The notes: a model not told the origin generated them from the letters alone. Shown: positions 1 through 8,042, counted from the stretch's first letter. The stretch: 13,836 nucleotides of DNA from Acidobacteriota bacterium (GCA_036507075.1 DASXQR010000209.1:1-13836); one strand, 5' to 3'. Program-made: numbers and translations.

Positions 1-617
1 TTGTCGTGGACGTAGAGGCGCGCCTGTTCACCGCGCACCTCGATTTTGATCTTCGTCCATGTTCCTGGCACAAGGTCGACGTACGCTTCGTACTTGCTCG
101 GCGTCTCCTTCCGAAGCCGGGACCAGGTCCACTCCGGAAGCGAGATGTACTGAGCGGAATGATTCCGGCGCTCTTGATCGTCGGCGCGGCCGTTCGTGGG
201 GCGCAAGTAAAACGCGTCGTAGGTCTTCAGATCCTCCTGGACTCGGAAAGCGATGCCGACGAACCCACGCGCTTCCCCACCGGCTCCAGGCGCCAAAGCA
301 CCCGCAATCTCCGCCTCGATCACTCCATTTGAGAAGTTAAGGTCCTCAATGCAGACGAGTCCTTGAGCATATTGCTGCGTTTGACTCATACGGCGGCGAG
401 CCTCTTCTGAGATCGTGGCCTTCAACCCCTTTTTGCCCTGCAGCATGGCCGGCTCGGCAGTTACGTTGTGGAACCGAAGACGCTCGGCGGATTCGAGCGG
501 GTAGCGCTTGGCCTGCGCTGACGCGGCTCCGGGCAGTAGGATCATCGCGATAGTCGTGAGGACAAGAAGTGTCGACCTACTCGTAGATATCGTTTGAGGT
601 ATTCCAGATTGTCTCAT
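1..617 (-). CDS. Secreted DUF1080-like (3-keto-disaccharide hydrolase / GH16-like fold) protein, paralog 3; 3' end runs off the window
   Basis: Not in the ORF track; translated by hand from ATG at 617. MRQSGIPQTISTSRSTLLVLTTIAMILLPGAASAQAKRYPLES...FSNGVIEAEIAG...ARGFVGIAFRVQEDLKTYDAFYLRPTNGRADDQERRNHSAQY...KYEAYVDLVPGTWTKIKIEVRGEQARLYVHD is collinear with ORFs 1167-1964 and 3342, and has a signal peptide ending ASA-Q. Confidence 0.85.
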   Translation of the reverse strand, partial: MRQSGIPQTISTSRSTLLVLTTIAMILLPGAASAQAKRYPLESAERLRFHNVTAEPAMLQGKKGLKATISEEARRRMSQTQQYAQGLVCIEDLNFSNGVIEAEIAGALAPGAGGEARGFVGIAFRVQEDLKTYDAFYLRPTNGRADDQERRNHSAQYISLPEWTWSRLRKETPSKYEAYVDLVPGTWTKIKIEVRGEQARLYVHD

Positions 618-733
618 TCAGGGTTGCTCACTTTCAGCGTGCGTAGCATGCCAGACCTCCGCCAGAGGTTTTGTGACGGGCGACCGAATACGGTAACGAA
701 CTGCGGTGTGGGCGATGCGGACGCCGGAGACTG

Positions 734-1120
734 TTACTCCGCTCGGACCGCAACCGCCGGATCGACTCGCACCGCTCGAACCGTCGGAATCAAGCTGCCC
801 GCCAGCGTCAATATCACAGCCAGCGCCATCGCCGTTGCGAATGTCGCCGCATCTCCCGGATCCAGTCCCGCCAGTAGCGACTGCATCGCACGCCCCGCCC
901 CATAGCCAAGCCCGGCGCCGAGTACCACGCCGGCGATCGCCAACCGACTACTCTCACCTAGAATCAGCGACAGAATCTGTCCCGATTTCGCGCCGAGAGC
1001 CATCCGCACTCCGATCTCCTGCGTCCGCTGCGATACCGAGAATGAGAGCAGTCCGTGAATCCCCACGGCGGCGAGCAGAAAGGCAACCGACGCGAAGGCT
1101 CCCAGCACTCTCGCTTGCAC
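734..1120 (-). pseudogene. C-terminal FtsX-domain fragment of an ABC permease (ADOP/MacB-like)
   Basis: LLAAVGIHGLLSFSVSQRTQEIGVRMALGA...RAVRVDPAVAVRAE is the typical C-terminus of these long permeases. Only ~128 aa are present and the N-terminal part is absent. Confidence 0.85.
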
Positions 1121-1170
1121 CCGAGCAGGACGAGAAGGCCCACGGCGTGTAGGACGTGGTGACGAGTCAT
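1117..1170 (-). pseudogene. Remnant 5' end of a lipoprotein gene (signal peptide only)
   Basis: The ATG overlaps the stop of 1167-1964 (ATGA). MTRHHVLHAVGLLVLLGC ends in a lipobox-like LLGC, after which the sequence switches to the permease fragment in another frame. Confidence 0.45.
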
Positions 1171-1964
1171 TGCCGGCCTCCAGTGTTCGGGGCGAGTGTC
1201 ACCTTCAGGTTGCGGAAGTATGCGATGGAATTCGGGCCGGGCAACAGCGCGATTGCGCCTTTCGCCTGGCCACCCATTTTGAGGTCGTTAACGATCAGCG
1301 TCGGCTGTTCCTGATCGTGCACGTAAAGACGCGCGTGCGCATCACGCACTACGATCCTGACCTTCGTCCATACATCGGGGACGAGGTCCACGTACGCCTC
1401 ATACTTCGATGGCGTCTCTTTGCGCGTGCGGAAGAATAGCCAATCGGGATACGAGCTGTACTGCACTGCATGGTTCCGTCGCTCCTGATCGTCGGCGCGG
1501 CCATTCGTCGGACGCAGGTAGAACTGCTCGAATGCTCCCAGGTCGTTCTGCACCCGAAAGGCGATGCCGACGAAGCCGCGAGCGGTCTCCGGTGCTCCTG
1601 GCGCCGGTGCACCGGCGATCTCCGCCTCGATTACGCCGTTGGTAAACTCGGTCCCCTCGACGACGACAAGGGCCTTGCCTGTTGTTCGCTGAGCCTCGGG
1701 GGATTGGGACGTCTGAGCCGGCAACTTTTCGGTAACGCGCAAGCCCTTCTTCCCATTCAGCGTAGCCGGTTCCGCCGTCGCGTTGACGAGTCGCAGACCT
1801 GCCGTCGACACCAGAGGGTAGTGCCTGGTTTGAGCCGACCCGTCGATGTTGAGAAGCGTCAGGGTGGTCGCAAGGGTGACCAGGGCGCCGTGAATGCCAC
1901 AGGATCGCCGTGGGGTATGGGTGCCCGCATCGACACGGATGGACGAACGAGGGTTACGAAACAT
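1167..1964 (-). CDS. Secreted DUF1080-like protein, paralog 2
   Basis: AAGGAG RBS before the ATG. Motifs FTNGVIEAEIAG, RGFVGIAFRV, FYLRPTNGRADDQERRNHAVQY, YEAYVDLVPDVWTKVRI and AYFRNLKV. Intact 265-aa ORF. Confidence 0.85.
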   Translation of the reverse strand: MFRNPRSSIRVDAGTHTPRRSCGIHGALVTLATTLTLLNIDGSAQTRHYPLVSTAGLRLVNATAEPATLNGKKGLRVTEKLPAQTSQSPEAQRTTGKALVVVEGTEFTNGVIEAEIAGAPAPGAPETARGFVGIAFRVQNDLGAFEQFYLRPTNGRADDQERRNHAVQYSSYPDWLFFRTRKETPSKYEAYVDLVPDVWTKVRIVVRDAHARLYVHDQEQPTLIVNDLKMGGQAKGAIALLPGPNSIAYFRNLKVTLAPNTGGRQ

Positions 1965-2000
1965 GGCTACTCCTTGAATGCGAGGACCAGTACGCCGGGT

Positions 2001-2546
2001 TTACATTCTCTGGCTGGCGGATGGCACGTGGCCGTTCAACCGCAGGTACACAACCATCTGCCCGTAGATATCCCAGGTGTGGCCGACAAGGAAGCCGATG
2101 ATTCTCGCGCGCGAGGAGGGTCCAAGGAACGGCGGCGGCGCCCCCGCGGGCTGAAGCAGCGTCTGATCCGACTGCCCTTTGAGGAGAGCGATGCCGTAGT
2201 CGAATGAATGATCCAGCGCTTAGAGGGCGGCGTCCTTGGTGGTCGCCTTTGGATCGATCGGAGGCTTTGGTATCGCCGTCTCGCCGAGCGCGCTCAAGAG
2301 GGCCACGTTCACGATCGCGATGTGGACCGTGCGCTCGCCGAACGTCTGTTGTGCGTCTGTCGGTCAAAAGCCATACTTGTCCGCAGGCATTTCGTCGGCA
2401 ATCCTGTGCATCGTGGTCTTCAGTGCTGACCAGTCCTTCAACAGTTCCACCTGCAGTGACACGGTCTGTGTGTGCGCGCGGTTGGCCCCGAACAGCGCAA
2501 TGGCGCCAAACGTGAACACCACGATAGTGGCGCGAAGCATGGTCAT
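2001..2546 (-). pseudogene. Secreted DinB/YfiT-family protein with two in-frame nonsense codons
   Basis: GAAGGAG RBS. One frame reads ...IADEMPADKYGF*PTDAQQTFGERTVHIA...TTKDAAL*ALDHSFDYG...GHTWDIYGQMVVYLRLNGHVPSASQRM*. Premature stops are TGA 2364-2366 and TAA 2220-2222; the final stop is 2001-2003. Confidence 0.8.
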
Positions 2547-2581
2547 ATCGGTCTCCTTCTGGTCGAGCAGGGTTTCGTGAA

Positions 2582-3342
2582 TCAGGGCGCGTGGCGTCCG
2601 GCCGGGCCCGCCCCGTGTCGTCTGGCATCACGGTCAGGTTCCGGAAATGCCCGACCGTGCCGTAGTTGATCCAGAGCGCAACCTTTCCGCTGCGCTGCAC
2701 CCCGGACTTGAGGTCGTTGACGATGAGCGTGGGCTGTTCCTGACCGTGGACGTAGAGACGTGCGCGGTTGCCACGCACCTCAATCCTGATCGTCGTCCAC
2801 ACGTCCGGCAGAAGGTCGACATACGATTCGTACCGGGATGGCGCTTCCTTGCGCAGGCGGAACCACGGCCAGTTCGGGAGCGAGGAGTACTGCGTGGAGT
2901 GATTCCGTCGCTCCTGGTCCTCGGCGCGGCCGTTCGTCAGCCGCAGGGAGAACAACTCATACGCCCCGTTGTACAGCCGGAAGGCAATACCGACGAAGCC
3001 GCGCGCGCCGGGGCCAGCCCCTGGTGCCGAGGCGCCGGCAACCTCCGCCGTGATCACGCCATCCGAGAACTCGAGGCCCTCGATCACGGCGTACTGCCCG
3101 ACGCGGGCCTGCACGTCGCCCAATTCGTCGTCGGTCATGCCCTTGAACCGTCGGAGCGTCTCGTCGGACAGGGTGACCCGCAACCCCTTCTTGCCTTGAA
3201 GCACGGCTGGCTCGGCAGCCACGTTGTGCAGGCGAAGGCCGTCGGTAGCCTCCAGCGGATAGTGCTTGACTTGAGCCGACGCGCCCCCGGGAAGCAAGAG
3301 CGTCAGCGTGGTCGCGATAACAAGCAGTGTGGATCGAGTCAT
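2582..3342 (-). CDS. Secreted DUF1080-like protein, paralog 1; natural stop apparently lost by an indel, so the ORF reads on to 1954
   Basis: AGGAGG RBS, signal peptide ending ASA-Q, and homology to the other two paralogs up to HFRNLTV (~2630). The tail of the 462-aa ORF is off-frame read-through of the DinB gene. A TGA at 2582-2584 is one base out of frame. Confidence 0.8.
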
Positions 3343-3452
3343 TTACGCCTCCTATGACAAAAACACTCGAGTTTCAGATCCTGCTTGTCAGCAGCGCCGA
3401 CGAGCAAACAAAGGAAAGATCCAAAAGCCACCTGTGAAACAACCCATCGCAT
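3339..3452 (-). CDS. 37-aa ORF or truncated secreted-protein gene downstream of araC
   Basis: Strong RBS AGGGAGG, then MRWVVSQVAFGSFLCLLVGAADKQDLKLECFCHRRRK*. The stop overlaps the DUF1080 start (ATGA). Confidence 0.4.
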   Translation of the reverse strand: MRWVVSQVAFGSFLCLLVGAADKQDLKLECFCHRRRK

Positions 3453-3532
3453 GAATTCTTACCTCCCTGAGAAGACGACTCCCTCGGTTCTGCCGACATC
3501 AGCGAGAAGCTTCTCAGGAGAGGGAGGTCCGT

Positions 3533-3549
3533 GTATTGAACGTTCTTGC
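3533..3549 (-). promoter_or_regulatory. Putative AraC-family operator motif GCAAGAACGTTCAATAC
   Basis: Lies 2 bp after the araC stop. It resembles the GCAAnnnnnTnCAAnAC motif I recall directly downstream of this AraC subfamily's genes. Confidence 0.45.
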
Positions 3550-3551
3550 GC

Positions 3552-4391
3552 TTAGCAGGGATACCTGCCAGGCGTCACGCCGACCAAGCGTCGGAAGTGC
3601 CGGGTCAGGTGGCTTTGGTCGGCGAAGCCCGTGGCCAGCGCGACCTCAGCCAAAGGCCATCCCTGCAGCAGGAGCTGCTTGGCGCGGTTCACCCGGACCT
3701 GGGTCTGGTAAGCATGCGGAGGCATTCCCGTTTGCCGGCGGAAGACTCTGTGCAAATGGAATGGACTGAGATTCGTCAGTCGTCCCAGTTCTTCCAGGGA
3801 GATTGAACCGGCGAAGTGCTCATCGATGAAGGACCGTGCCAAACGTACTGCCTGCCTTTCGCAGCCAACGTTATTTTCGGGGCGAGTGGTTTTTGAACAC
3901 GCAGTCACGAGCAAATACGCCAACTCGAGCACCAGTTCTTCGCGACGCAATCGTAGGTCTGGAAATTCAAAAGCATTGTGCAAGCGAGTGAGAGACTCCT
4001 TGACCATGGGGTCTTGAAAGACCATTAACGAGAACTCCGGCGGGGAGTCGCGATCTGTGATGTCACGTGCAGCCCGCCGCAGCAGTTCGACTTCGAGATA
4101 CACGCCGCGGAAACCGCACCCCGAGTCCTTCTTCACCCAATTCTCGTGGACTTCACCTGGAGGCATCAGGACCAAGCTGTCAACGGAGACCGTATATGAA
4201 TTGCCACGGCAGCCGAGGAAACCTGAGCCAGCCGTGTAGAGGCATAGATGCAACTCTTCATGCCAATGGCGGGGATGAGGGTCTGTTGCTCTGGCTCCCC
4301 GATGCAGGACTAATCCCTTGATCTCGTCGGGACGCCAGAAATCAATCCTACTGATCGTCCTGGGAGAGCCACTGCCTGGCTTGCGCGTCAT
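3552..4391 (-). CDS. AraC-family transcriptional regulator (cupin ligand-binding domain + double HTH)
   Basis: N-terminal HPRHWHEE...PPGEVHEN. C-terminal LEELGRLTNLSPFHLHRVFRRQTGMPPHAY...LAEVALATGFADQSHLTRHFRRLVGVTPGRY. Confidence 0.95.
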   Translation of the reverse strand: MTRKPGSGSPRTISRIDFWRPDEIKGLVLHRGARATDPHPRHWHEELHLCLYTAGSGFLGCRGNSYTVSVDSLVLMPPGEVHENWVKKDSGCGFRGVYLEVELLRRAARDITDRDSPPEFSLMVFQDPMVKESLTRLHNAFEFPDLRLRREELVLELAYLLVTACSKTTRPENNVGCERQAVRLARSFIDEHFAGSISLEELGRLTNLSPFHLHRVFRRQTGMPPHAYQTQVRVNRAKQLLLQGWPLAEVALATGFADQSHLTRHFRRLVGVTPGRYPC

Positions 4392-4404
4392 TCCGAGTAT
4401 CCGT

Positions 4405-4450
4405 CTCCAACGTCAGAGTTGACCGGGCGCGGCGTTTACATCCAACCTTT
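4405..4450 (-). mobile_element. Half attC site (R'/L' arm only)
   Basis: ctccAAC-gtcagag-ttgaccgggcgcggcg has the R'-spacer-L' layout of the other attC sites (GTTGGAG on minus) and lies 13 bp before the araC ATG. No complementary arm was found. Confidence 0.4.
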
Positions 4451-4515
4451 GGAGTTGTGGGGAGTCTCGTCTCAGCGGGGCTCCCCGCGCGCCAGATCGC
4501 CGCCCACGACCGTCC

Positions 4516-4602
4516 GCCACACGACGGGCATAACCGGCGCGCTTTCAACTCTGCAGATAAGAGGCACGCTCAGGGCGCGTCGGGTTCATGCCCTTGTTCG
4601 GC
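4516..4602 (-). mobile_element. Degenerate attC site of the DinB cassette
   Basis: Arms gggcataaccggcgcgc / gcgcgtcgggttcatgccc pair with one extra base. R'' is GCCGAAC (plus gttcggc 4596-4602), 10 bp after the DinB stop. R' has decayed to GTGTGGC. Confidence 0.65.
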
Positions 4603-4612
4603 GGCGATGTGC

Positions 4613-5139
4613 TCATGACCGCTTCGTTGCATGTCTCCGCAACCAGCGAATCTGCCCTCTATGGTTGAGTTCATGCCCAAAGACATGAAACCACTTGAAG
4701 TAATTGTTCACCCTCTGCCAACTCCCAAAGGGCGTATGCTCTTCGAGCCACTGGTCTACGCCGGCCGAGTTCCGCCAGCGTCTTTGCACGGACTTGCTCC
4801 AGCCTTCTCAGGTAATAATCCAACTCTTGCCCTCTAGTCTCACCTCGCCCTCTCACCTAAATCGAGAGCGGCACCCGACTGATGCCTCTCCTCCTCATTC
4901 AAATCACGAGCATAGAAAGTAGCTGCTTGATAGCCTACTTCTGCCGCGGCGATGTGCGACAGGAGCGCGCCGATGGAATTGCTCTGCGGGTCATGCAGGT
5001 AATCGAGCTCATCCACCTCTAAGCCTTCGACTGCGGAAAGGGTGGTATATCGGGCATAGTTCATCATCGAGACAAGGCGGCCGATCTGTGGAGTAAATCC
5101 GGGGATGTCGCCGATCAGAAAGAGGCCTCTGTCATTCAT
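4613..5139 (-). pseudogene. DinB/DUF664-family metalloprotein cassette gene with two frameshifts
   Basis: RBS GAGAGG, then MNDRGLFLIGDIPGFTPQIGRLVSMM...NSIGALLSHIAAAE...LDLGERAR, a shift at ~4842, ETRGQELDYYLRRLEQVRAKTLAELGRR, a shift at ~4757, and DQWLEEH...NNYFKWFHVFGHELNHRGQIRWLRRHATKRS*. The DinB metal-binding His residues are recognisable. Confidence 0.85.
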
Positions 5140-5188
5140 ACCATACCTCTCGTCCAACTCCACTATCTGACTAACAAACGGGTCAGCC

Positions 5189-5280
5189 GCCTAACGGCGC
5201 GGCATCAGCCGCGCGCCATAGGAAGTCTATCGAGCCAATGGCACCGGTGTTGGGATGTCGGCTGCAGGCCGTGATTAGGA
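5189..5280 (-). mobile_element. attC site
   Basis: gcctaac (5189-5195)-ggcgcggcatcagccg...cggctgcaggccgtg-attagga. The R'' core is degenerate. The left arm is nearly identical to that of attC 8043-8131. Confidence 0.75.
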
Positions 5281-5293
5281 GGCGGCTGACAAC

Positions 5294-5548
5294 TTACCCG
5301 GTAAGTTTGTCATAGTCGGCGTGAGTACCGATCCAAAACCAGAGAATCCCTTCAGGAATATCAGTACCGAGTGCACGATAGCCGCGACTGACACGAACCG
5401 ACCAAAATCGTCCGACCTTCTTTAATCTGAGAGATGGATGGTGGGGGTTGGATTTTAGCAACTCGAAATTCACTCGAGCGAGTTGCTGGACGGTTTCCGG
5501 AAGGGCCTTAAACAGACGCCAGAAGCCTGGAGCTGCATAATGTGTCAA
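5294..5548 (-). CDS. ParE/RelE-like type II toxin
   Basis: FWRLFKALPETVQQLARVNFELLKSNPHHPSLRLKKVGRFWSVRVSRGYRALG...WFWIGTHADYDKL. The start overlaps the antitoxin stop. Confidence 0.85.
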   Translation of the reverse strand: MTHYAAPGFWRLFKALPETVQQLARVNFELLKSNPHHPSLRLKKVGRFWSVRVSRGYRALGTDIPEGILWFWIGTHADYDKLTG

Positions 5549-5745
5549 ATCTTAGTGCTCTCGCCACGCTTGTAGGCCGCCACTGCTTCCGATGCAAGGT
5601 CATCCAGTTTGCCCGCAGCAACATCCTCCTCGATCTGCTGGTCCCATGCGTCTGCGTCATATTCAACAAACCACTCACGAAAGGAGGTGAGCTCGGACCG
5701 AGACAGCTTCCGGATTTCTTTTTCTATATCTTTGATTTTTTTCAT
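5545..5745 (-). CDS. Cognate antitoxin (66 aa)
   Basis: ATG at 5745 gives MKKIKDIEKEIRKLSRSELTSFREWFVEYDADAWDQQIEEDVAAGKLDDLASEA.... It is small, acidic and coupled to the toxin. The longer 133-aa call crosses an attC and is an over-extension. Confidence 0.8.
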   Translation of the reverse strand: MKKIKDIEKEIRKLSRSELTSFREWFVEYDADAWDQQIEEDVAAGKLDDLASEAVAAYKRGESTKI

Positions 5746-5784
5746 GCCTAAGTTAGAGCATTTTACGCCAACGGCGGTCCCGCG

Positions 5785-5848
5785 GCCTAACGTATTACGG
5801 TTGAGCGGGCCGCCCTTTTCAGCGGCCCGCTCGGGCCGTGAGTTATAC
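5785..5848 (-). mobile_element. attC site (64 bp)
   Basis: gcctaac...acggttgagcgggccgc-ccttttca-gcggcccgctcgggccgt...gttatac. The stop TAA of the upstream ORF lies inside R'' (GTATAAC), as is typical for cassettes. Confidence 0.9.
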
Positions 5849-6427
5849 GGCCTTTCCCGGTTTTGGCAACTCCGCGATGAGACGATCGAGTTCTTGAATA
5901 AGTTCCGAAATCTGATTCTCAGGTGGCACGGACAGCCCGTGAACAAAAGAATTTCTGACCTTTGCGACCCTTTCGAGTCGCGACCGATATGGTCCAGGTA
6001 CGAGTTGTTTGCTTACGAGACCGTCCACTATTTGGGCCAATGGGACGTTCAAGCGCTTCTCCTTCGGGAGGTGTACCTCCGCAAGCTGACGAACAGCCCG
6101 TTCAAGCGAGGCCCATTTGAGAATGAGTTCGCCAAGCTTGCTCGTTGGCAGTGATTCTTCTTCTTTGAAATCTACTTCGATTCCGAGCAAGCATTTGACC
6201 AGAATCTTTGCAGCTTGCAAATATCCATCAACATGCTGAGGGTCGACCGTCACTCCGTTGCCATCATGATATAAGGCGTTTCGGAGGCGGTGGTACCCCT
6301 CAACGTCGCCAAGATCGACGCCAGCAAGCTTGTCTGCAGCGTATTTTTCTAGAAGGTCCAACAGATCGGGAAAGCGCATGGAGCCATCTTCGAGCTCTTT
6401 TCTACCCGGCCCGTCGGTTCCGCGCAC
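5843..6427 (-). CDS. Protein with two HEPN-type RxxxxH motifs; cassette gene, probably 5'-truncated
   Basis: RNALYH (aa 49-54) and RNSFVH near the C-terminus, each in a helical context. The GTG start lacks a clear RBS, an in-frame stop lies 5 codons upstream, and no cassette boundary precedes it. Confidence 0.65.
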   Translation of the reverse strand: MRGTDGPGRKELEDGSMRFPDLLDLLEKYAADKLAGVDLGDVEGYHRLRNALYHDGNGVTVDPQHVDGYLQAAKILVKCLLGIEVDFKEEESLPTSKLGELILKWASLERAVRQLAEVHLPKEKRLNVPLAQIVDGLVSKQLVPGPYRSRLERVAKVRNSFVHGLSVPPENQISELIQELDRLIAELPKPGKAV

Positions 6428-6587
6428 CCGTTTCGGGGATTAGATACGCCTCTCACCACAATGCATCACAAGTAGCTGTAAATGTTAGATTCTCGCGTTG
6501 GCCAGTACTTTTACTGGCACTCTGTGAGCCGATTAGCTGGAAGTGAAAACAGGACTGCCTGGCAGATGATTTCAATAGCGGCAGCTA

Positions 6588-6677
6588 TTTAGGCGACCGG
6601 AGGGTGAGAGTCGCCATGCCCCGCCCCTTTAGGCGACCGGAGGGTGAGAGTCGCCATGCCCCGCCCCATGCCCCGCC
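6588..6677. repeat. Perfect 40-bp tandem duplication plus a 10-bp partial copy
   Basis: tttaggcgaccggagggtgagagtcgccatgccccgcccc at 6588-6627 and 6628-6667, then atgccccgcc. Each unit contains a ggcgac/gtcgcc hairpin. Confidence 0.95.
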
Positions 6678-6885
6678 GGGCACTCAGAACCATGAGAATA
6701 TGGGTGCCATCGGTCTTGAATCTGGTGAAGTGCTGGTTTTACAAACTAGCAACCTTACAGTACTTTTTCGGGCTATTTACGATGAAGGCATTGGGTGTAT
6801 GGTGTATTGGGTAATCTCAGAGAGAAACCTCAGCAAAGCTCGCCTGCTAAGGTCGTCTGGACCGCTTAGGGCCTCCATCAGTGCC

Positions 6886-7541
6886 TCAGGCCGGCTGAAG
6901 GGCCGTCTTTCGGCGGAACAAAGCCAAGGCAATCCCACCAAAGAGGCAACCCACCACGAGGGTATACGCCACCCAAAGGGTAAGCTGAGGCACCAGACCA
7001 ATGATCAGCCATTTGGCGAACACGCCCATCTGCGGAAAATTAGGCGGCGCCACGTCGTAATGGGTGCCCCAGTTGCCAAGCATCGCCACCAGCGCGACGA
7101 GAGCCACTGGAATCCGAGCGGCCAAGCCGTAGGCGAACATCACCTTGCCCAGCGCTGGCGAGCCGGCGTACGCGATAATGCCGGAAACAACGGAGGCGAC
7201 GATAAAGAGGACGAGCGACTTCAAGGACGGCGAGTTCGGGTCGAGTCCCAGTACGCGGATGCCTCCGAAACCGATCACGAAGAAGGCTGCAAGGCCCGCT
7301 ACCGCGCACAGAACTGTCTTTCCGGCCTTGAGGGGTGCGGTTCCGGGCTGCGCTAACTTCAGAGCGAAGTAAATTCCAAAAATCGGCACGAGCCACGCGA
7401 TGCCGACTATGGCCCTCCACCTCCAGCTTGGCGACTGAAGAGCCTGGGTGACCAGTTCTGCAACTCTCCGATGAGCCGCAGCAGAGTTACCCCGAGGGTG
7501 ATGAGAGCCGGGACAGTGATGAGTCGAATGGTGGAATTCAT
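6886..7541 (-). pseudogene. Multi-pass membrane protein with a -1 frameshift at ~7413
   Basis: AAAGGAG RBS, then MNSTIRLITVPALITLGVTLLRLIGELQNWSPRLFSRQAGGGG. Adding one G gives ...AIVGIAWLVPIFGIYFALKL..., which joins ORF 6886-7389. The span is 656 bp (3n-1). Confidence 0.7.
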
Positions 7542-7724
7542 AATTGCTCCTTTGGGACCCACATCATATAACTTCTTGCCCACGACCCGAGAAGGATTAC
7601 CGACGCTTTCCGACAACCTCCGCCGGGCGACTGGGCTGACGCCGCACCGTTTGCGATGACTACGATAAAGCACGCGATAGCGCGCTGGTCTGAATGTTCA
7701 TATCACTCCCATGGTCTCGGGTCC

Positions 7725-7765
7725 GTCTAACGCCCGCAGTGAGCGGCCGCGGCGAGCGAATGCCA
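7725..7765 (-). mobile_element. Half attC site (R'/L' arm; partner arm deleted)
   Basis: gtctaac-gcccgcagtgagcggccgcggcgagc has the R'-L' layout. An RBS and ATG follow on minus (GGGAGtgatATG). No gttRRRy arm was found. Confidence 0.6.
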
Positions 7766-7823
7766 CGAATCAGCGTGGCGAAAACAACACTTCTCTATCT
7801 CTAAACGGCCGTCAGGATTGATT

Positions 7824-8012
7824 TCACATTCCCGCATTGTGACAGGCACCTATTATCTTTTCGTAGTACATTTCGATGTCATTCACGCGGGCGGTGTGGC
7901 CGACGGTAGGGGCTTGTCCCTGTGCGACCGCCCAAGGCTGCACTGCGAAGAGGATCAGAGCCACCACCAGAGTGAATCGTGGAATCCTCATTGAGCTTCG
8001 ATCCCCTAGCAT
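7824..8012 (-). pseudogene. Truncated cassette gene: signal peptide plus N-terminus of an alpha/beta hydrolase
   Basis: MRIPRFTLVVALILFAVQPWAVAQ...GHTARVNDIEMYYE resembles the 'VNGI-MYYE' start of alpha/beta hydrolases. It breaks off at ~7860 into unrelated sequence. Confidence 0.6.
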
Positions 8013-8042
8013 CGATCTCCTATAGGCGCAAACTTGTTGACC

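Noticed and set aside
2220..2366. Stop-codon recoding (Sec or alternative genetic code) in the DinB-like gene
   Set aside because: Two different stops (TGA and TAA) fall at non-catalytic positions, and both codons terminate neighbouring genes.
1954..2581. 462-aa DUF1080 'fusion' protein
   Set aside because: The C-terminal part is off-frame read-through of the DinB pseudogene and has non-protein-like composition.
4452..4522. Group II intron end or IS end inserted in an attC
   Set aside because: Only a ggggag/ctcccc hairpin is present. No domain V motif, RT or transposase is recognisable.
6588..6677. Possible CRISPR array
   Set aside because: The repeats abut with no spacers and there are no cas genes.
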